Source of the DNA: Candidatus Bathyarchaeota archaeon
GTDB taxonomy: Archaea; Thermoproteota; Bathyarchaeia; Bathyarchaeales; Bathycorpusculaceae
Assembly (NCBI GenBank): GCA_963811105.1
Contig: CAWEPZ010000011.1
Location: forward strand, 1,120,001-1,184,000
Direction: 5' to 3'
Length of the DNA stretch: 64,000 nt
Both the position numbers and the translations under genes were made by a program. Positions 1 through 10,130 of this stretch are shown piece after piece; position 1 is the stretch's first letter; the number at the start of each line of letters is the position of its first letter. Under the pieces are notes generated by a model. It had not been told where the DNA came from and ran no database searches. It saw only the letters and a list, made by a program, of their open reading frames with translations.

Positions 1-1343
1 ACTGTTGCTGCTCCTGTAGCTACGTCCCCGCCTGCGTAAACTCCATCTAAGCTCGTTTTGCCTACTTCGTTGACGCATATTGTTCCGTGTCTTGGGTCGC
101 TTTGTAAGCCGTCTGTGGTTCGCTGTATGATTGGGTTTGGTGTTTGTCCGATGGCAACGATTACTGTGTCAACATCCATTGTGAACTCGGAGCCTGGAAT
201 CTCTTTTACGCCACGCCTACCTTTTGCGTCAGGTTCAGTGAGTTCCATTGCGATGCATTTCATGCTTTTAACCCAGCCTTTCTCGTCACCGTAAAACTCG
301 ATTGGTGCACCAAGGAACTTGCAGACCAAGCCTTCTTCTTCGGCATTCTCGACTTCTTCATGTCTTGCAGGCAGCTCAGCGCGTGAACGTCTGTAGAGTA
401 AACAGACTTCAGAGCCAAGTCTCATGCTGCTTCTTGCGCAGTCCATGGCAACGTTTCCGCCGCCGATAACAACTACTTTTTTGCCTATGCGTATTGGAGT
501 GTCAGATTCGGGAAACTGGAATGCCTTCATAAGATTAACGCGTATCAGGAACTCGTTGGCTGAGTAGATTCCGCCTAGGTTTTCTCCTTTGCAACCTGTG
601 AATTGCGGTAAGCCCGCACCGCTTCCAATGAATACTGCGTTGTAGCCGCCTTCTTTCATGAGTTCGGGAATGGTGTGGATTCTTCCAACGAGATTGCCTA
701 GGCGCAAGTCAACGCCCAGTTTCTGGATATAGGTTATTTCGTTTTGTACAATGGCCTTTGGTAAACGGAACTCTGGAATACCATATGACAACACACCGCC
801 GCCAACATGCAACGCCTCAAACATTGTTATTTCGTGACCAAGCTTCACCAGGTCAGCCGCCGCTGTTAATCCTGCAGGGCCAGCTCCGACAATTGCTACT
901 TTCTTGCCTGTTGCCGCTGCTTTAGGTGGAAGCGCGGATCCGTTATCACGTTCCCAATCTGCCAGAAAACGTTCAAGTCGTCCGATGCTAAGTGGGTCAC
1001 CTACTTTTCCAACGATGCATTTAGCTTGGCATTGTACTTCTTGAGGGCAAACTCTACCGCAAACTGCTGGCAACGCATTCTTCGATTTTATTAGAGCAAT
1101 GGCTTCAGCATACTTCTTGTCTCTAAACAGTTTAATGAATTCTGGAATAGGGACTTCCACTGGGCAACCAGTCATACATTGAGGCTTTGGACACTTTAAG
1201 CATCGACTTGCTTCTTCCTGTGCTTCTTCTTCAGTGTACCCTAAAGCAACTTCACTAAAGTTTTTAGCGCGTACTTTAGGCTCTTGCTTTGCCATTTCAA
1301 CAGCTTTCTTATTCAACTTTGGTTTAGGCTTTGCTTCCGCCAC
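1..1343 (-). CDS. sudA: NfnB/SudA-type (GltD-like) NADPH-dependent oxidoreductase large subunit, runs off the window's left edge
   Basis: Manual translation from GTG at 1343: MAEAKPKPKLNKKAVEMAKQEPKVRAKNFSEVALGYTEEEAQEEASRCLKC...; CGRVCPQEVQC, IVGAGPAG and VIGGGNVAMD motifs; overlaps the sudB stop. Confidence 0.9.
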   Translation of the reverse strand, partial: MAEAKPKPKLNKKAVEMAKQEPKVRAKNFSEVALGYTEEEAQEEASRCLKCPKPQCMTGCPVEVPIPEFIKLFRDKKYAEAIALIKSKNALPAVCGRVCPQEVQCQAKCIVGKVGDPLSIGRLERFLADWERDNGSALPPKAAATGKKVAIVGAGPAGLTAAADLVKLGHEITMFEALHVGGGVLSYGIPEFRLPKAIVQNEITYIQKLGVDLRLGNLVGRIHTIPELMKEGGYNAVFIGSGAGLPQFTGCKGENLGGIYSANEFLIRVNLMKAFQFPESDTPIRIGKKVVVIGGGNVAMDCARSSMRLGSEVCLLYRRSRAELPARHEEVENAEEEGLVCKFLGAPIEFYGDEKGWVKSMKCIAMELTEPDAKGRRGVKEIPGSEFTMDVDTVIVAIGQTPNPIIQRTTDGLQSDPRHGTICVNEVGKTSLDGVYAGGDVATGAAT

Positions 1344-2169
1344 ATTTACAACCTCCATCCATTTCCCACAATACTGAACTTAATCTTTCTTCAGGCAACA
1401 TTGTGCGTTGACGTATAATTAACTCGTCAAAGTCAGTTTTGTGACCATCAAATTCTGGACCATCAACGCACCCGAATTTCATTTTGCCATCAACTGTAAC
1501 CCTGCAAACACCGCACATGCCCATACCATCAATCATTATGGGCGTCAAGGTTACAATTGTTGGAATGCAATAGGGCTTGGTTATTTCACTAACATCCTTC
1601 ATTAGGATAACTGGACCCATTACAACGCAACGGTCAAACTTTTCCTTTTTCAACAAATCTTTGAGGAAATCCAATCCTTTGTAACCTTTTGTTCCATCGT
1701 CGGTTGCAACATAAACTTTATCACTTAGGGCATTAGCTTCATTTTCCATCATTATGAATTCCTTCGTTCTTGCACCAAGAATTGTGGTAACTTGATTGCC
1801 TGCTTCTTTCATAGCTTTAGCCTGCAACAGCAAAGGTGCAATCATAACACTTCCACCGACACAGAGAACTTTGCCGAAGTTTTTGACTTCAGAAGGATTG
1901 CCAAGTGGACCAGTAACATTGTCAAGACATTCGCCTTGGTTTAGTAAACCTAAAGTTTTGGTTGTTTTGCCAACTTCATGAAATGCAAATGATACGGTTC
2001 CTTTTGCCTTGTCATATCCGCAGATTGTCAACGGAACACGTTCTCCAGTTTTGCCGTGTATAACGATTAGAAATTGTCCGGCTTGAGCTTTAGCAGCAAT
2101 GTCTGGAGCGTCAACTTCAAACAGTTTTATTTTTGGTGCTAGTTCCGTTTTAGTTACTATTTTGTACGT
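1324..2169 (-). CDS. sudB: NfnA/SudB (PyrK-like) FAD/[2Fe-2S] small subunit; true start probably the non-canonical ACG at 2169
   Basis: DGMGMCGVC...CVDGPEFD motif; the conserved N-terminus YKIVTKTELAPKIKLFEVDAPDIAAKAQAGQFLIV...ERVPLTI extends 46 codons upstream of the ORF-track TTG. Confidence 0.88.
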   Translation of the reverse strand, partial: TYKIVTKTELAPKIKLFEVDAPDIAAKAQAGQFLIVIHGKTGERVPLTICGYDKAKGTVSFAFHEVGKTTKTLGLLNQGECLDNVTGPLGNPSEVKNFGKVLCVGGSVMIAPLLLQAKAMKEAGNQVTTILGARTKEFIMMENEANALSDKVYVATDDGTKGYKGLDFLKDLLKKEKFDRCVVMGPVILMKDVSEITKPYCIPTIVTLTPIMIDGMGMCGVCRVTVDGKMKFGCVDGPEFDGHKTDFDELIIRQRTMLPEERLSSVLWEMDGGCKCGGSKA

Positions 2170-3383
2170 TTTGCAGTCGCCTCCACAGCTATTTCACGTT
2201 TAGGTAACTCTGAAATTCTCTTATAGAAAGCATCAAGTTTTGCATTGAAGTCGCCCTCGCATCGTGGTGACTCCTCATAGAGTTCGAATCGATCAAGCAG
2301 ACCCTTCTTCTTTAGCACATTTATCATTACGCCCAAGTTGCGCTCTGCAGTATCTCGTCCTTCTTGAAGCTTACAATCTTTAGATGAACAAACGACCGCC
2401 ATGACACCATCAAATCCGCAGTTCAACGCATTGACCACGTGCACTGGATCAAGGGATTTGAAGCATGGAACCTCAAGTGCCAAAACATTTTTCCCTGCAA
2501 ATACGCTATTCGGGTTATCTAAGGCCGAAAATTCTGACCATTGACAAACAAACGCAAGAACCGCTGGTCCTTTGTTCTTGGCTTTTAATATAGCTGCAGA
2601 ACTTCCATAACGGTCAACTACATTTTCAAACTCGAATCCTTTCACTTGAATAGCATGATGCGGACAAACCAATTGGCAAGCGCCACAGCCAACACATTTC
2701 TCCTCATTTACTTTTGGAGTAGCAAACGACTCAAACTCAATTGCGTCGTATGGGCAAATAAAGATGCATTTATCACAGCCCACGCATGCTTGAACATCAT
2801 AAACAGCTTTGCGTGAAAACTTTACAACTCTAATTGCATTGTCATCAAAACCCAGTTGTTTGAGAACACTTCTTGCTAAGACAAGTCTTCGAGTGTTAAT
2901 TTTCGTTCCTTCTTTGTAGCGGCAGAATGGATCTTCACATTGAACGGAAACAATGTTTTTTACTCCTGAATTCAATGCTTCAAAAATAAAGTCCGTCGGA
3001 ACTCTTCCAGCACACGGCAACCGCAAGGCAATGTAGTTGTTAACTTTTAGACCTTGCTCTTTAAAGATGTCTTGAACTTCTTCCGTTGAAGGTGAGTTTC
3101 CTCTGCACATCAAAACAAGCGTGTCAACGCCGCTTTTGGCTTTGGCAAGTGCATCTTTAACATATTTTGAAAGATTATCGTAAGTATAATATTCCATTTT
3201 TATGGCTGCAGATGGGCAAGCACTGTAACAGATACCGCAAACCTGGCAATCCTGACTGTTAATTTCCACTTTTCCAGCTGAATCAGCCTTTATGGCTTCA
3301 TAAGGACAAATTGATTTGCAAACATAACATCGGCTACATAAGTCTTGATCGATTTCCACTACAGCGAGACATTTTTCACTCAT
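2157..3383 (-). CDS. Tandem (2x[4Fe-4S] ferredoxin + MvhD/FlpD-like) x2 iron-sulfur protein
   Basis: Four CxxCxxCxxxCP motifs in two pairs; two MvhD-like modules (LPCAGRV...QCEDPFCRYKEG; VCQWS...VPCFKSL...VCSSKDCKLQEG). Confidence 0.8.
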   Translation of the reverse strand: MSEKCLAVVEIDQDLCSRCYVCKSICPYEAIKADSAGKVEINSQDCQVCGICYSACPSAAIKMEYYTYDNLSKYVKDALAKAKSGVDTLVLMCRGNSPSTEEVQDIFKEQGLKVNNYIALRLPCAGRVPTDFIFEALNSGVKNIVSVQCEDPFCRYKEGTKINTRRLVLARSVLKQLGFDDNAIRVVKFSRKAVYDVQACVGCDKCIFICPYDAIEFESFATPKVNEEKCVGCGACQLVCPHHAIQVKGFEFENVVDRYGSSAAILKAKNKGPAVLAFVCQWSEFSALDNPNSVFAGKNVLALEVPCFKSLDPVHVVNALNCGFDGVMAVVCSSKDCKLQEGRDTAERNLGVMINVLKKKGLLDRFELYEESPRCEGDFNAKLDAFYKRISELPKREIAVEATAKRTK

Positions 3384-3498
3384 GATGAAACCTCTTTCCA
3401 TACACCGCTGCTAACTTTAAACTCAAAGCATGCAAGATGCTAGCTTAGAGCCTATTGAAAGCATGAAAAGGGCTTTAGAATGATATAATCCTTTCTCT

Positions 3499-4440
3499 CT
3501 ATTTTTTGTAATAGGGTCGTTTGATGAAGCTGTAGGCTTCGAGGGCTGCAGTGATGCCTTGGCCAACGGCGGTACCTACTTGTTTTATGGGTTGGTCGGT
3601 TACATCGCCTGCTGCAAAGATTCCAGGGAGGTTTGTTTGTTGACGATGATCAACTTTGATGTATCCGTGCTCATCTGTTTCTACTCCAGCAGCCTTGGCG
3701 AGTTGGCTGTTGGGAGCTTCACCAATTTGCACAAAAACTGCATCAACCTCTAATTCAAAGGTTTTGTTAGTAATGTTATCTATTAAAGTGACCGTTTTGA
3801 CTTGTTTGTCGCCTTTAATTTCTTGAATTTCAGTATTCCATATTATGTTGACATTGCTTTTTGCCGATATGTCAGTCACTAAACTTTCTTCAGCTCTGAA
3901 AGCTTGCCTCCTATGGATCACAGTAACCTGCGAAGCCAACCCTGAAAGGTAAAGTGTAGTGATACAAGCAGTGTTTCCACCGCCAACAACAAGCACTCGT
4001 TTGCCCTTAAAAAAAGGTCCATCACAAACGCCACAATAGCTTACTCCCCTACCGCGGAAGTCTTTTTCTCCTTTGACACCGACTTCTTTGTAATGCGACC
4101 CTGTTGAATAGATTATTGCCTGAGCCTCATAAGTTGTTCGTGAAGTTTTAACAATTTTCTTTTCACCCATAATCTCTAACTCATTAACAGACTCTAAGTC
4201 GTGAATTGTTGCGCCGACCTTTCTGCAATGTGAAGCCATTTTTTCCGCAAGCTCTCCACCACTGATTTCGGCAAAACCGGGGTAATTCACAACTGTTGAA
4301 GCGTCAGCTATTGTTCCTCCGGCAAATTTCTCATCTAAAATCAGCGTGGTTAATCCGCTTCGGACAGTATAGATTCCAGCTGACAGCCCTGCGGAGCCAG
4401 CACCGATTATTATTATGTCCCAGTTCTCCATAAACGGCAT
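3499..4440 (-). CDS. trxB: Thioredoxin reductase
   Basis: IIGAGSAG, GVSYCGVCDG, VGGGNTA, GIFAAGD motifs. Confidence 0.92.
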   Translation of the reverse strand: MPFMENWDIIIIGAGSAGLSAGIYTVRSGLTTLILDEKFAGGTIADASTVVNYPGFAEISGGELAEKMASHCRKVGATIHDLESVNELEIMGEKKIVKTSRTTYEAQAIIYSTGSHYKEVGVKGEKDFRGRGVSYCGVCDGPFFKGKRVLVVGGGNTACITTLYLSGLASQVTVIHRRQAFRAEESLVTDISAKSNVNIIWNTEIQEIKGDKQVKTVTLIDNITNKTFELEVDAVFVQIGEAPNSQLAKAAGVETDEHGYIKVDHRQQTNLPGIFAAGDVTDQPIKQVGTAVGQGITAALEAYSFIKRPYYKK

Positions 4441-4562
4441 CTCTTTGCCTAAAATAATGGATTGAGAAGTTTATGAATTGTTCTGTTATTTTGAAGCATC
4501 CAATAAGCAGATAAAGCTGAAATTATCTAGTTTAGTATCAGCAGTTTCTGAGGTGTAGGTTT

Positions 4563-6323
4563 TTGGGAAGATATAGGTGCACAGTTTGCAATTATGTCTA
4601 TGATGAAGTTAAAGAAGGAAAGAAATTTAGTGATTTGCCTAAAGAGTGGGTTTGCCCAGTTTGTGGAGCGCCTAAATCAGTTTTTGTACTCTTAACTGAG
4701 CAGGTTGAAGAGAAAAAAGTTGACCGTACTGTTTCTCAAGTTCTCATTGACCAAATCGCCGCTTGGGGAGTACAATACGTCTTTGGTATACCTGGTACTT
4801 CAACACTTGGCATCGTTGACGCAATACGGAAAAGCAATGGTAAAGTCAAGTATTTCCAAGTCAGACACGAGGAAACCGCTGCATTTATGGCTTCTGCATA
4901 CGGAAAACTCACTGGGCATGTTTCCGCTTGTCTGGGAATTTCTGGCCCCGGCGCAACAAACCTGGCAACTGGCTTATACGATGCAAAGCTTGATCATTCG
5001 GCGGTTTTAGCCTTAACAGGAATGGTGCCAAGACCACAGATTGGTACAGGTTCAATTCAGGAAGTTGACCAATATGCCTTTTTCCAGCCAGTGTGTGTTT
5101 TTAACAGCGTTCTAATGGCGGAGAATCAAACAACTTCGGTTGCCACTTTGGCAATTAGGCATGCACTTTTGAATCAGGGGGTCGCGCATATTGGTATTCC
5201 AAATGATTTGCAGAAGTTGCATTACGAAACTGCGATTTTGCCGTTTGAGGGCAGAATGCCTAATCTTGCTTATGGTCAGGAAGGATATGTGATTGAGAAG
5301 GCAGCAAGCGTTGTTGACGAATCGGTTAGACCTGTTATTCTTGCAGGTTTCGGATGCCGAGGTCAAGGCAACAAACTTCTGAAGTTAGCTACAAAGATTT
5401 CTGCTCCAATAATAACAACATTTAGAGCAAAAGGTGTTATTGACGAGCATGAAGCGTTGGATGTTGGTTGCCACGGTGGAGTTGGTTCGACTGCGGCTGC
5501 AGAGCTTATGCAAAAAGCTGATTTGCTCATAGCTATTGGTGCTTCGTTTTCTGATTTATCGTTAATTCCTCAGAAAAAAACTGTTCAGATTGATATTAAT
5601 CCACTAATGGTTGCGCGCCGTTACCCAGTTGAAGTCGGATTGATTGGCAACAGCGCCGTGCTGATTCCAAAGTTAACGGAGAAAGTTCATGAAAAAGAGA
5701 ATGCAGATTATTTGGCTGAGATTATTAGGTTGAAGCGAGATTGGTTAAATCAACTGGGAAGAGAAGCCGACTCAGCCTCGACGCCTATTAGGCCTCCTTA
5801 CATAATTAAGGTGTTGAATGACAAAGTCTCTGACGACGCTGTGATTTCTTTGGATATTGGTGAGAACTGTTGGTGGTTTGGCAGGAATTTTATGATGAAG
5901 AAATCGCAGAAATTTGTGATGAGCGGCGCATTGGCTTCAATGGGTTTTGGTTTGCCGGGTGCTATGGCTGCTGCATTGGCTTATCCGAACCGCCAGATTG
6001 TTTGCCTGACGGGTGATGGTGGGTTAACGATGGTTTTAGGCGACTTTCTAACCGCGTTGAAGTACAAATTGCAGGTTAAAGTCTTCGTTATGAACAATAA
6101 ACGACTTGGAATGATTATGCAGGAGCAAAAGGTTGAGGGTTATGAGAGCTGGCAAACGGACTTGTATGACTACAATTTCGCTGATTTTGCTGAACACTCA
6201 GGCGGCATGGGCATTAAAGTGACTGAGCCAAGTGAGCTTGAATCAGCCGTTGATAGGGCGCTCTCAGCCAAGGTTCCTACGATTGTAGATATTGATACGG
6301 ATCCAAGAAGATTCTTAATGTGA
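4563..6323 (+). CDS. ThDP-dependent pyruvate oxidase/acetolactate synthase family enzyme with N-terminal rubredoxin domain
   Basis: [11 protein letters not shown]...WVCPVCG rubredoxin; [20 protein letters not shown]...NN ThDP motif. Confidence 0.88.
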   Translation: MGRYRCTVCNYVYDEVKEGKKFSDLPKEWVCPVCGAPKSVFVLLTEQVEEKKVDRTVSQVLIDQIAAWGVQYVFGIPGTSTLGIVDAIRKSNGKVKYFQVRHEETAAFMASAYGKLTGHVSACLGISGPGATNLATGLYDAKLDHSAVLALTGMVPRPQIGTGSIQEVDQYAFFQPVCVFNSVLMAENQTTSVATLAIRHALLNQGVAHIGIPNDLQKLHYETAILPFEGRMPNLAYGQEGYVIEKAASVVDESVRPVILAGFGCRGQGNKLLKLATKISAPIITTFRAKGVIDEHEALDVGCHGGVGSTAAAELMQKADLLIAIGASFSDLSLIPQKKTVQIDINPLMVARRYPVEVGLIGNSAVLIPKLTEKVHEKENADYLAEIIRLKRDWLNQLGREADSASTPIRPPYIIKVLNDKVSDDAVISLDIGENCWWFGRNFMMKKSQKFVMSGALASMGFGLPGAMAAALAYPNRQIVCLTGDGGLTMVLGDFLTALKYKLQVKVFVMNNKRLGMIMQEQKVEGYESWQTDLYDYNFADFAEHSGGMGIKVTEPSELESAVDRALSAKVPTIVDIDTDPRRFLM

Positions 6324-6333
6324 GGTGAACATT

Positions 6334-6750
6334 ATGAGTAAAAATCAAGGAACAACATTTGCCTTCATTGTGTCGCTGCTGGGGGGCTTAATAATCTTCA
6401 TAATCAGCACACTAAACGTTTTGTGGTTCAGTTCAGGCGCAACAAACTTTGGTGGCTACGGCAGCTTCATGCGAGGAGCGATGGACGGCTACCACAATTT
6501 CATGGGCACATACGGCGGTTCAACAAGCTTTCTTGCAGGCATTTCAGTGATAGGTGTAATTTGCGGAATCATAGTTGTAATTGGCGCCATTATGCTGCGG
6601 GTACAGCCGCATCAACATGTACCGTGGGCTATTCTTATCATAGCATTCTCGCTCGTCAGCTTTGTAGGCATGGGCGGATACTTCATCGGAGCCGTACTAG
6701 GCATTATCGGCGGAGCATTCGAATTAAGTGTCAGAAGAACAAACCCATAA
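6334..6750 (+). CDS. Small multi-pass membrane protein
   Basis: About four hydrophobic Gly-rich helices; SD GAGGTGA before ATG. Confidence 0.7.
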   Translation: MSKNQGTTFAFIVSLLGGLIIFIISTLNVLWFSSGATNFGGYGSFMRGAMDGYHNFMGTYGGSTSFLAGISVIGVICGIIVVIGAIMLRVQPHQHVPWAILIIAFSLVSFVGMGGYFIGAVLGIIGGAFELSVRRTNP

Positions 6751-6992
6751 TCGCAATGCGGTTTGAAAATTTCTCTGTTTCTTATCCTACGCGCTTCAGA
6801 GTTAAGAAGCGCAATTTATCAAAGCTTTTGCATTTCAGGGTTAATTTTAAAGAAGAAGAAACTTAGCGGGAGCCCACTTCTTCTTCCACTATTTTGGAGT
6901 TGCGTGACCTATGCAAAATATTGCGAGTAACGCACATAAATTGTTGTGCGCAAACGTGAATTAGAATACTCTAAAACAAGTATGAAAAAATT

Positions 6993-7071
6993 TGGTAGCG
7001 GGGAATAGATTTGAACTATCGATCTCTGGGTTATGAGCCCAGCGGGTTAATCCTGGCTACCCCACCCCGCT
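6993..7071 (-). tRNA. Initiator tRNA-Met (CAU), CCA encoded
   Basis: Revcomp AGCGGGGTGGGGTAGCCAGG...CTGGGCTCATAACCCAG...GTTCAAATC...CCCGCTACCA; A1-U72 and three G-C pairs in the anticodon stem. Confidence 0.95.
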
Positions 7072-7179
7072 ATATCTTTGTCCATAATTTTTTTAGCAAC
7101 CTATTACTCTTATCTGTCGAATATTAATAGTTTCTTTTCATAATTTCGCAAAAGGATTTTAGAGGCGACTATTACTTGT

Positions 7180-7869
7180 TTGGCGAAGGATGATTACTTG
7201 ATTGACAATCCCTATTTGCGTAAGCTTTCAAATCCAACCCTTGTGAATCCTGTTTTTGTTCAGGGATTGCCAGGCTTTGGCAATGTTGGCAGAATTGCAG
7301 CGCATCTTCTAATAAAGTTTTGTGACGCTAAGCTTTTTGCGGAACTGTATTCTCCAACTTTTCCAGATTACGTATCTATAGATCCTAAAGGTATTTGCAG
7401 TTTGCCAAAATACGAGTTTTATTATGCTCCGATGGACAAGAACAACTTGGTTATTATGACAGGGGAAATTCAGCCTTCATTTGATGATGTGGTTGCTCAC
7501 TACGAGGTTTGTGACGAAATAATTGATTTTGTTGAGTCGTTAGGTTGCCACTTCATTGTAACCATGGGGGGGATTCCAATAACTGAGGAAAAAACCCAGG
7601 TTTACATAGCTGCAACATCGCAAAGGTTAGCCACAGAATTTATGGAAAAAGGTGCAGTGATTTACAGTAAAGGCAGAATCGTAGGTGGAACAGGGCTTAC
7701 CTTGGCATTAGCCAAAGAAAGGAAACTTGAAGGAGTAAGCATTTTGGGAACTACGACGGGTTTTAAGGCTGACCGAGAAGCTGGATTTTCAGTTTTCAAA
7801 TTTCTAATGAAAGCTTTAGGAAAAGAGATAAAAGAAGGTTTAGTAGAAAACAATGCACCAGAAGAATAG
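7180..7869 (+). CDS. PAC2 family (proteasome assembly chaperone-like) protein
   Basis: GLPGFGNVGRIAA, MTGEIQP, TMGG motifs. Confidence 0.85.
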   Translation: MAKDDYLIDNPYLRKLSNPTLVNPVFVQGLPGFGNVGRIAAHLLIKFCDAKLFAELYSPTFPDYVSIDPKGICSLPKYEFYYAPMDKNNLVIMTGEIQPSFDDVVAHYEVCDEIIDFVESLGCHFIVTMGGIPITEEKTQVYIAATSQRLATEFMEKGAVIYSKGRIVGGTGLTLALAKERKLEGVSILGTTTGFKADREAGFSVFKFLMKALGKEIKEGLVENNAPEE

Positions 7870-7880
7870 CTAAGGCGCGG

Positions 7881-8117
7881 TTGATAATGACTGAAACTGA
7901 AGAAGATATTAATGTTGGCGGCTACTCCAAATTTTCGAGAATTACCATGATAATTGTTTCGATGCTTCTGATATTTGGCGGTCCAACTTACGTTCCATAC
8001 CTAATGTACAAACTTAACATAGATTATGTCGCGTCAGTAGGCGTCGGTGCTGTTCTGTTCATTGTAGGATTACTGTTCATGATATTCCTTATCAGAAAGA
8101 AAGTAATTACACCGTAA
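7881..8117 (+). CDS. Small membrane protein (two TM helices)
   Basis: Two hydrophobic segments, basic C-terminus, co-directional with PAC2. Confidence 0.65.
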   Translation: MIMTETEEDINVGGYSKFSRITMIIVSMLLIFGGPTYVPYLMYKLNIDYVASVGVGAVLFIVGLLFMIFLIRKKVITP

Positions 8118-8297
8118 GTTTTGCCTCAGATACCCTAGGGTGCATCATTCAATCAGCAAATTGTTTTCTTCATCGGCGGCTCTCTATAGACAGACCCATT
8201 TTATTAACTATTCTTACAGCGTTCTAAAAAATACTGACCTTAAATACACTTTCAAAATACATAAGGCATATTAAATATTCACCTTAGAATAGATGTT

Positions 8298-8885
8298 ATG
8301 CAGGTTACCAACAGAAGACCGCTTAATTTTCCAAAAGAGAAAAATGAAGAAGCAAAAAGAACCACAATCATTCTGGAAAAAAGCGAAAGAGACTTCATTG
8401 AATTATTAATCAAAGATGGCAAAGAGCTTGGAATCAAACCGCTCATATCCAAAATGCTCGACATTTACAAAAACATGATGATTTACGAGTGGCATTTCCC
8501 AGGTGAATATTACTGTGGAATAAGCCGCATCGCCCTTGTAAACGTTGAACTATTCAACATTTTAACCCAACAAATTCCCAAAGAAAAATGGCGTGACCTC
8601 GGCAAAAAAATGGGTGACGCCCTAAAAGTGTCAATCCAAGCAACCTTAGGAATCGAAGCAGACCAGCAGGAAAATTGGGAAAAAATATTTGAACGCCTAA
8701 AAGTGCAGGGATTCGGAGACTTCTACCTTAAAGACAAGTTTTTGCTACTAAAAACACCCTTCATTAACGACTGCGAAATTTGGCAGGGCATAATGGAAGG
8801 ATTATTGGGCATAGAATTAGAAACGAGAAATTCGTTGCCACCGTTTGTTTTTGAAATTAGAAAACCTAAACAGCCTCCAGTTTAA
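8298..8885 (+). CDS. Hypothetical protein, possibly a regulator (short N-terminal DNA-binding-like region + V4R-like domain)
   Basis: Intact 195-aa ORF with TATA upstream; LGKKMG, QGFGDF and GIMEGLLG resemble V4R-like folds (inferred). Confidence 0.55.
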   Translation: MQVTNRRPLNFPKEKNEEAKRTTIILEKSERDFIELLIKDGKELGIKPLISKMLDIYKNMMIYEWHFPGEYYCGISRIALVNVELFNILTQQIPKEKWRDLGKKMGDALKVSIQATLGIEADQQENWEKIFERLKVQGFGDFYLKDKFLLLKTPFINDCEIWQGIMEGLLGIELETRNSLPPFVFEIRKPKQPPV

Positions 8886-8932
8886 CGTCTTTTTGCGATT
8901 CGACAGTTAAATATGAGGAAACAGATTTATTA

Positions 8933-8957
8933 GGAAGACAGTTGTCAGGTGTCTTCC
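8933..8957. promoter_or_regulatory. Inverted repeat, candidate operator upstream of the his operon
   Basis: GGAAGACA-N9-TGTCTTCC right after a TATA-like TTTATTA. Confidence 0.45.
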
Positions 8958-9128
8958 AGTGGTATATGATGAGGGATTGCGTTCATACAAGGCGATTACA
9001 TTCATTAAGAGCAATCCAAACCGCTCAAGCATAAAAACCAAAAACTATTTGTTATCAGGCACATTCCTCTGGAGCACCATTTTGTCAAAAACTCTCAGTG
9101 GTTTCTCTAAAAATTTAGGTGAAAAATT

Positions 9129-10130
9129 ATGGATAAAGTAAAATTTGCTATACCAGCAGGCTCCCTTTCAAAAGCAACAGCAGAGTTCTTTGCGCGGTCA
9201 GGCTACAAAATTTCAGGAACTGACCGCACGTATCGCCCCGCAATAAATGACCCGCAAATTGAAATGAAGGTTCTGAGGCCCCAAGAAATCCCCGTCTTTG
9301 TCAATGAAGGCTTACAAGACATAGGCATTACTGGGGAAGATTGGGTCAAAGAAAACCATGCAGATGTAGAAATCCTGCAGAATCTAGAGTATGGAAAAAT
9401 CAAGCTTGTTGTCGCTGTGCCGAAGTCTGTTCCCGAAAACAGCACGATGGGTGACTTTATGGAGTCAATTTGGAGCCAAGACAAAAACTTTCGAATAAGC
9501 ACCGAATACCTCAACATCGCCTCTGAATACTTAAGAAACACCGCTCAATACAAGAAGCGCTTCGGCAACGCAGACCCAATGATTGTGACGCCTTGGTGGA
9601 AAAAAGGTGACAATACAAGAGCCAAAATTTTCTTGTCCTTTGGCGCAACTGAGGCTAAGCCGCCAGAAGATTCAGACTGCATAATGGACGTAACTGAAAC
9701 TGGAAGCACTATTGAAGCTAACAACCTAAGAATTATAGATACCGTCATGAGGTCAGCGGCTGTGCTTATTGCCAACAAAAAATCTCTCGAAGATGCAGAG
9801 AAACGAGAAAAAATCTACGACATAGTTGCCCTGCTCAAAGGCGTAGTGGATGGTTCAAAAAGAATTCACATATTTGTCAACGTAAAAAAAGCAAACCTAC
9901 AAAAACTTTTGACTGAGTTGCCAGCACTAAAGAATCCGACGATATCTCCGTTGGCAGATGACACTTGGGTTAGTGTTAACACCGTAATTGAGAAAGACTG
10001 CTTAATCGAGTTGCTTCCGAAAATCCGCAAAATTGCCCAAGGCTTAGTAGTATATGAGCCACGGCAGGTTCTGGCTTTAGATGAGATTGGAAAGAGAGAG
10101 GAGAAGTCATGCAAACCCAAAGCCAAGTAA
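9129..10130 (+). CDS. hisG: ATP phosphoribosyltransferase (long form)
   Basis: AIPAGSL, RPQEIP, DIGITGEDW, GATE...DVTETGSTIEANNL, C-terminal regulatory domain. Confidence 0.95.
   Translation: MDKVKFAIPAGSLSKATAEFFARSGYKISGTDRTYRPAINDPQIEMKVLRPQEIPVFVNEGLQDIGITGEDWVKENHADVEILQNLEYGKIKLVVAVPKSVPENSTMGDFMESIWSQDKNFRISTEYLNIASEYLRNTAQYKKRFGNADPMIVTPWWKKGDNTRAKIFLSFGATEAKPPEDSDCIMDVTETGSTIEANNLRIIDTVMRSAAVLIANKKSLEDAEKREKIYDIVALLKGVVDGSKRIHIFVNVKKANLQKLLTELPALKNPTISPLADDTWVSVNTVIEKDCLIELLPKIRKIAQGLVVYEPRQVLALDEIGKREEKSCKPKAK

Noticed and set aside
2170-2200. Sec/readthrough of the in-frame TGA upstream of sudB
   Set aside because: A TAA lies two codons further upstream in the same frame, so readthrough would not reach a start codon.
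8966-9030. C/D box sRNA (ATGATGA box C)
   Set aside because: No box D (CTGA) at a suitable distance.
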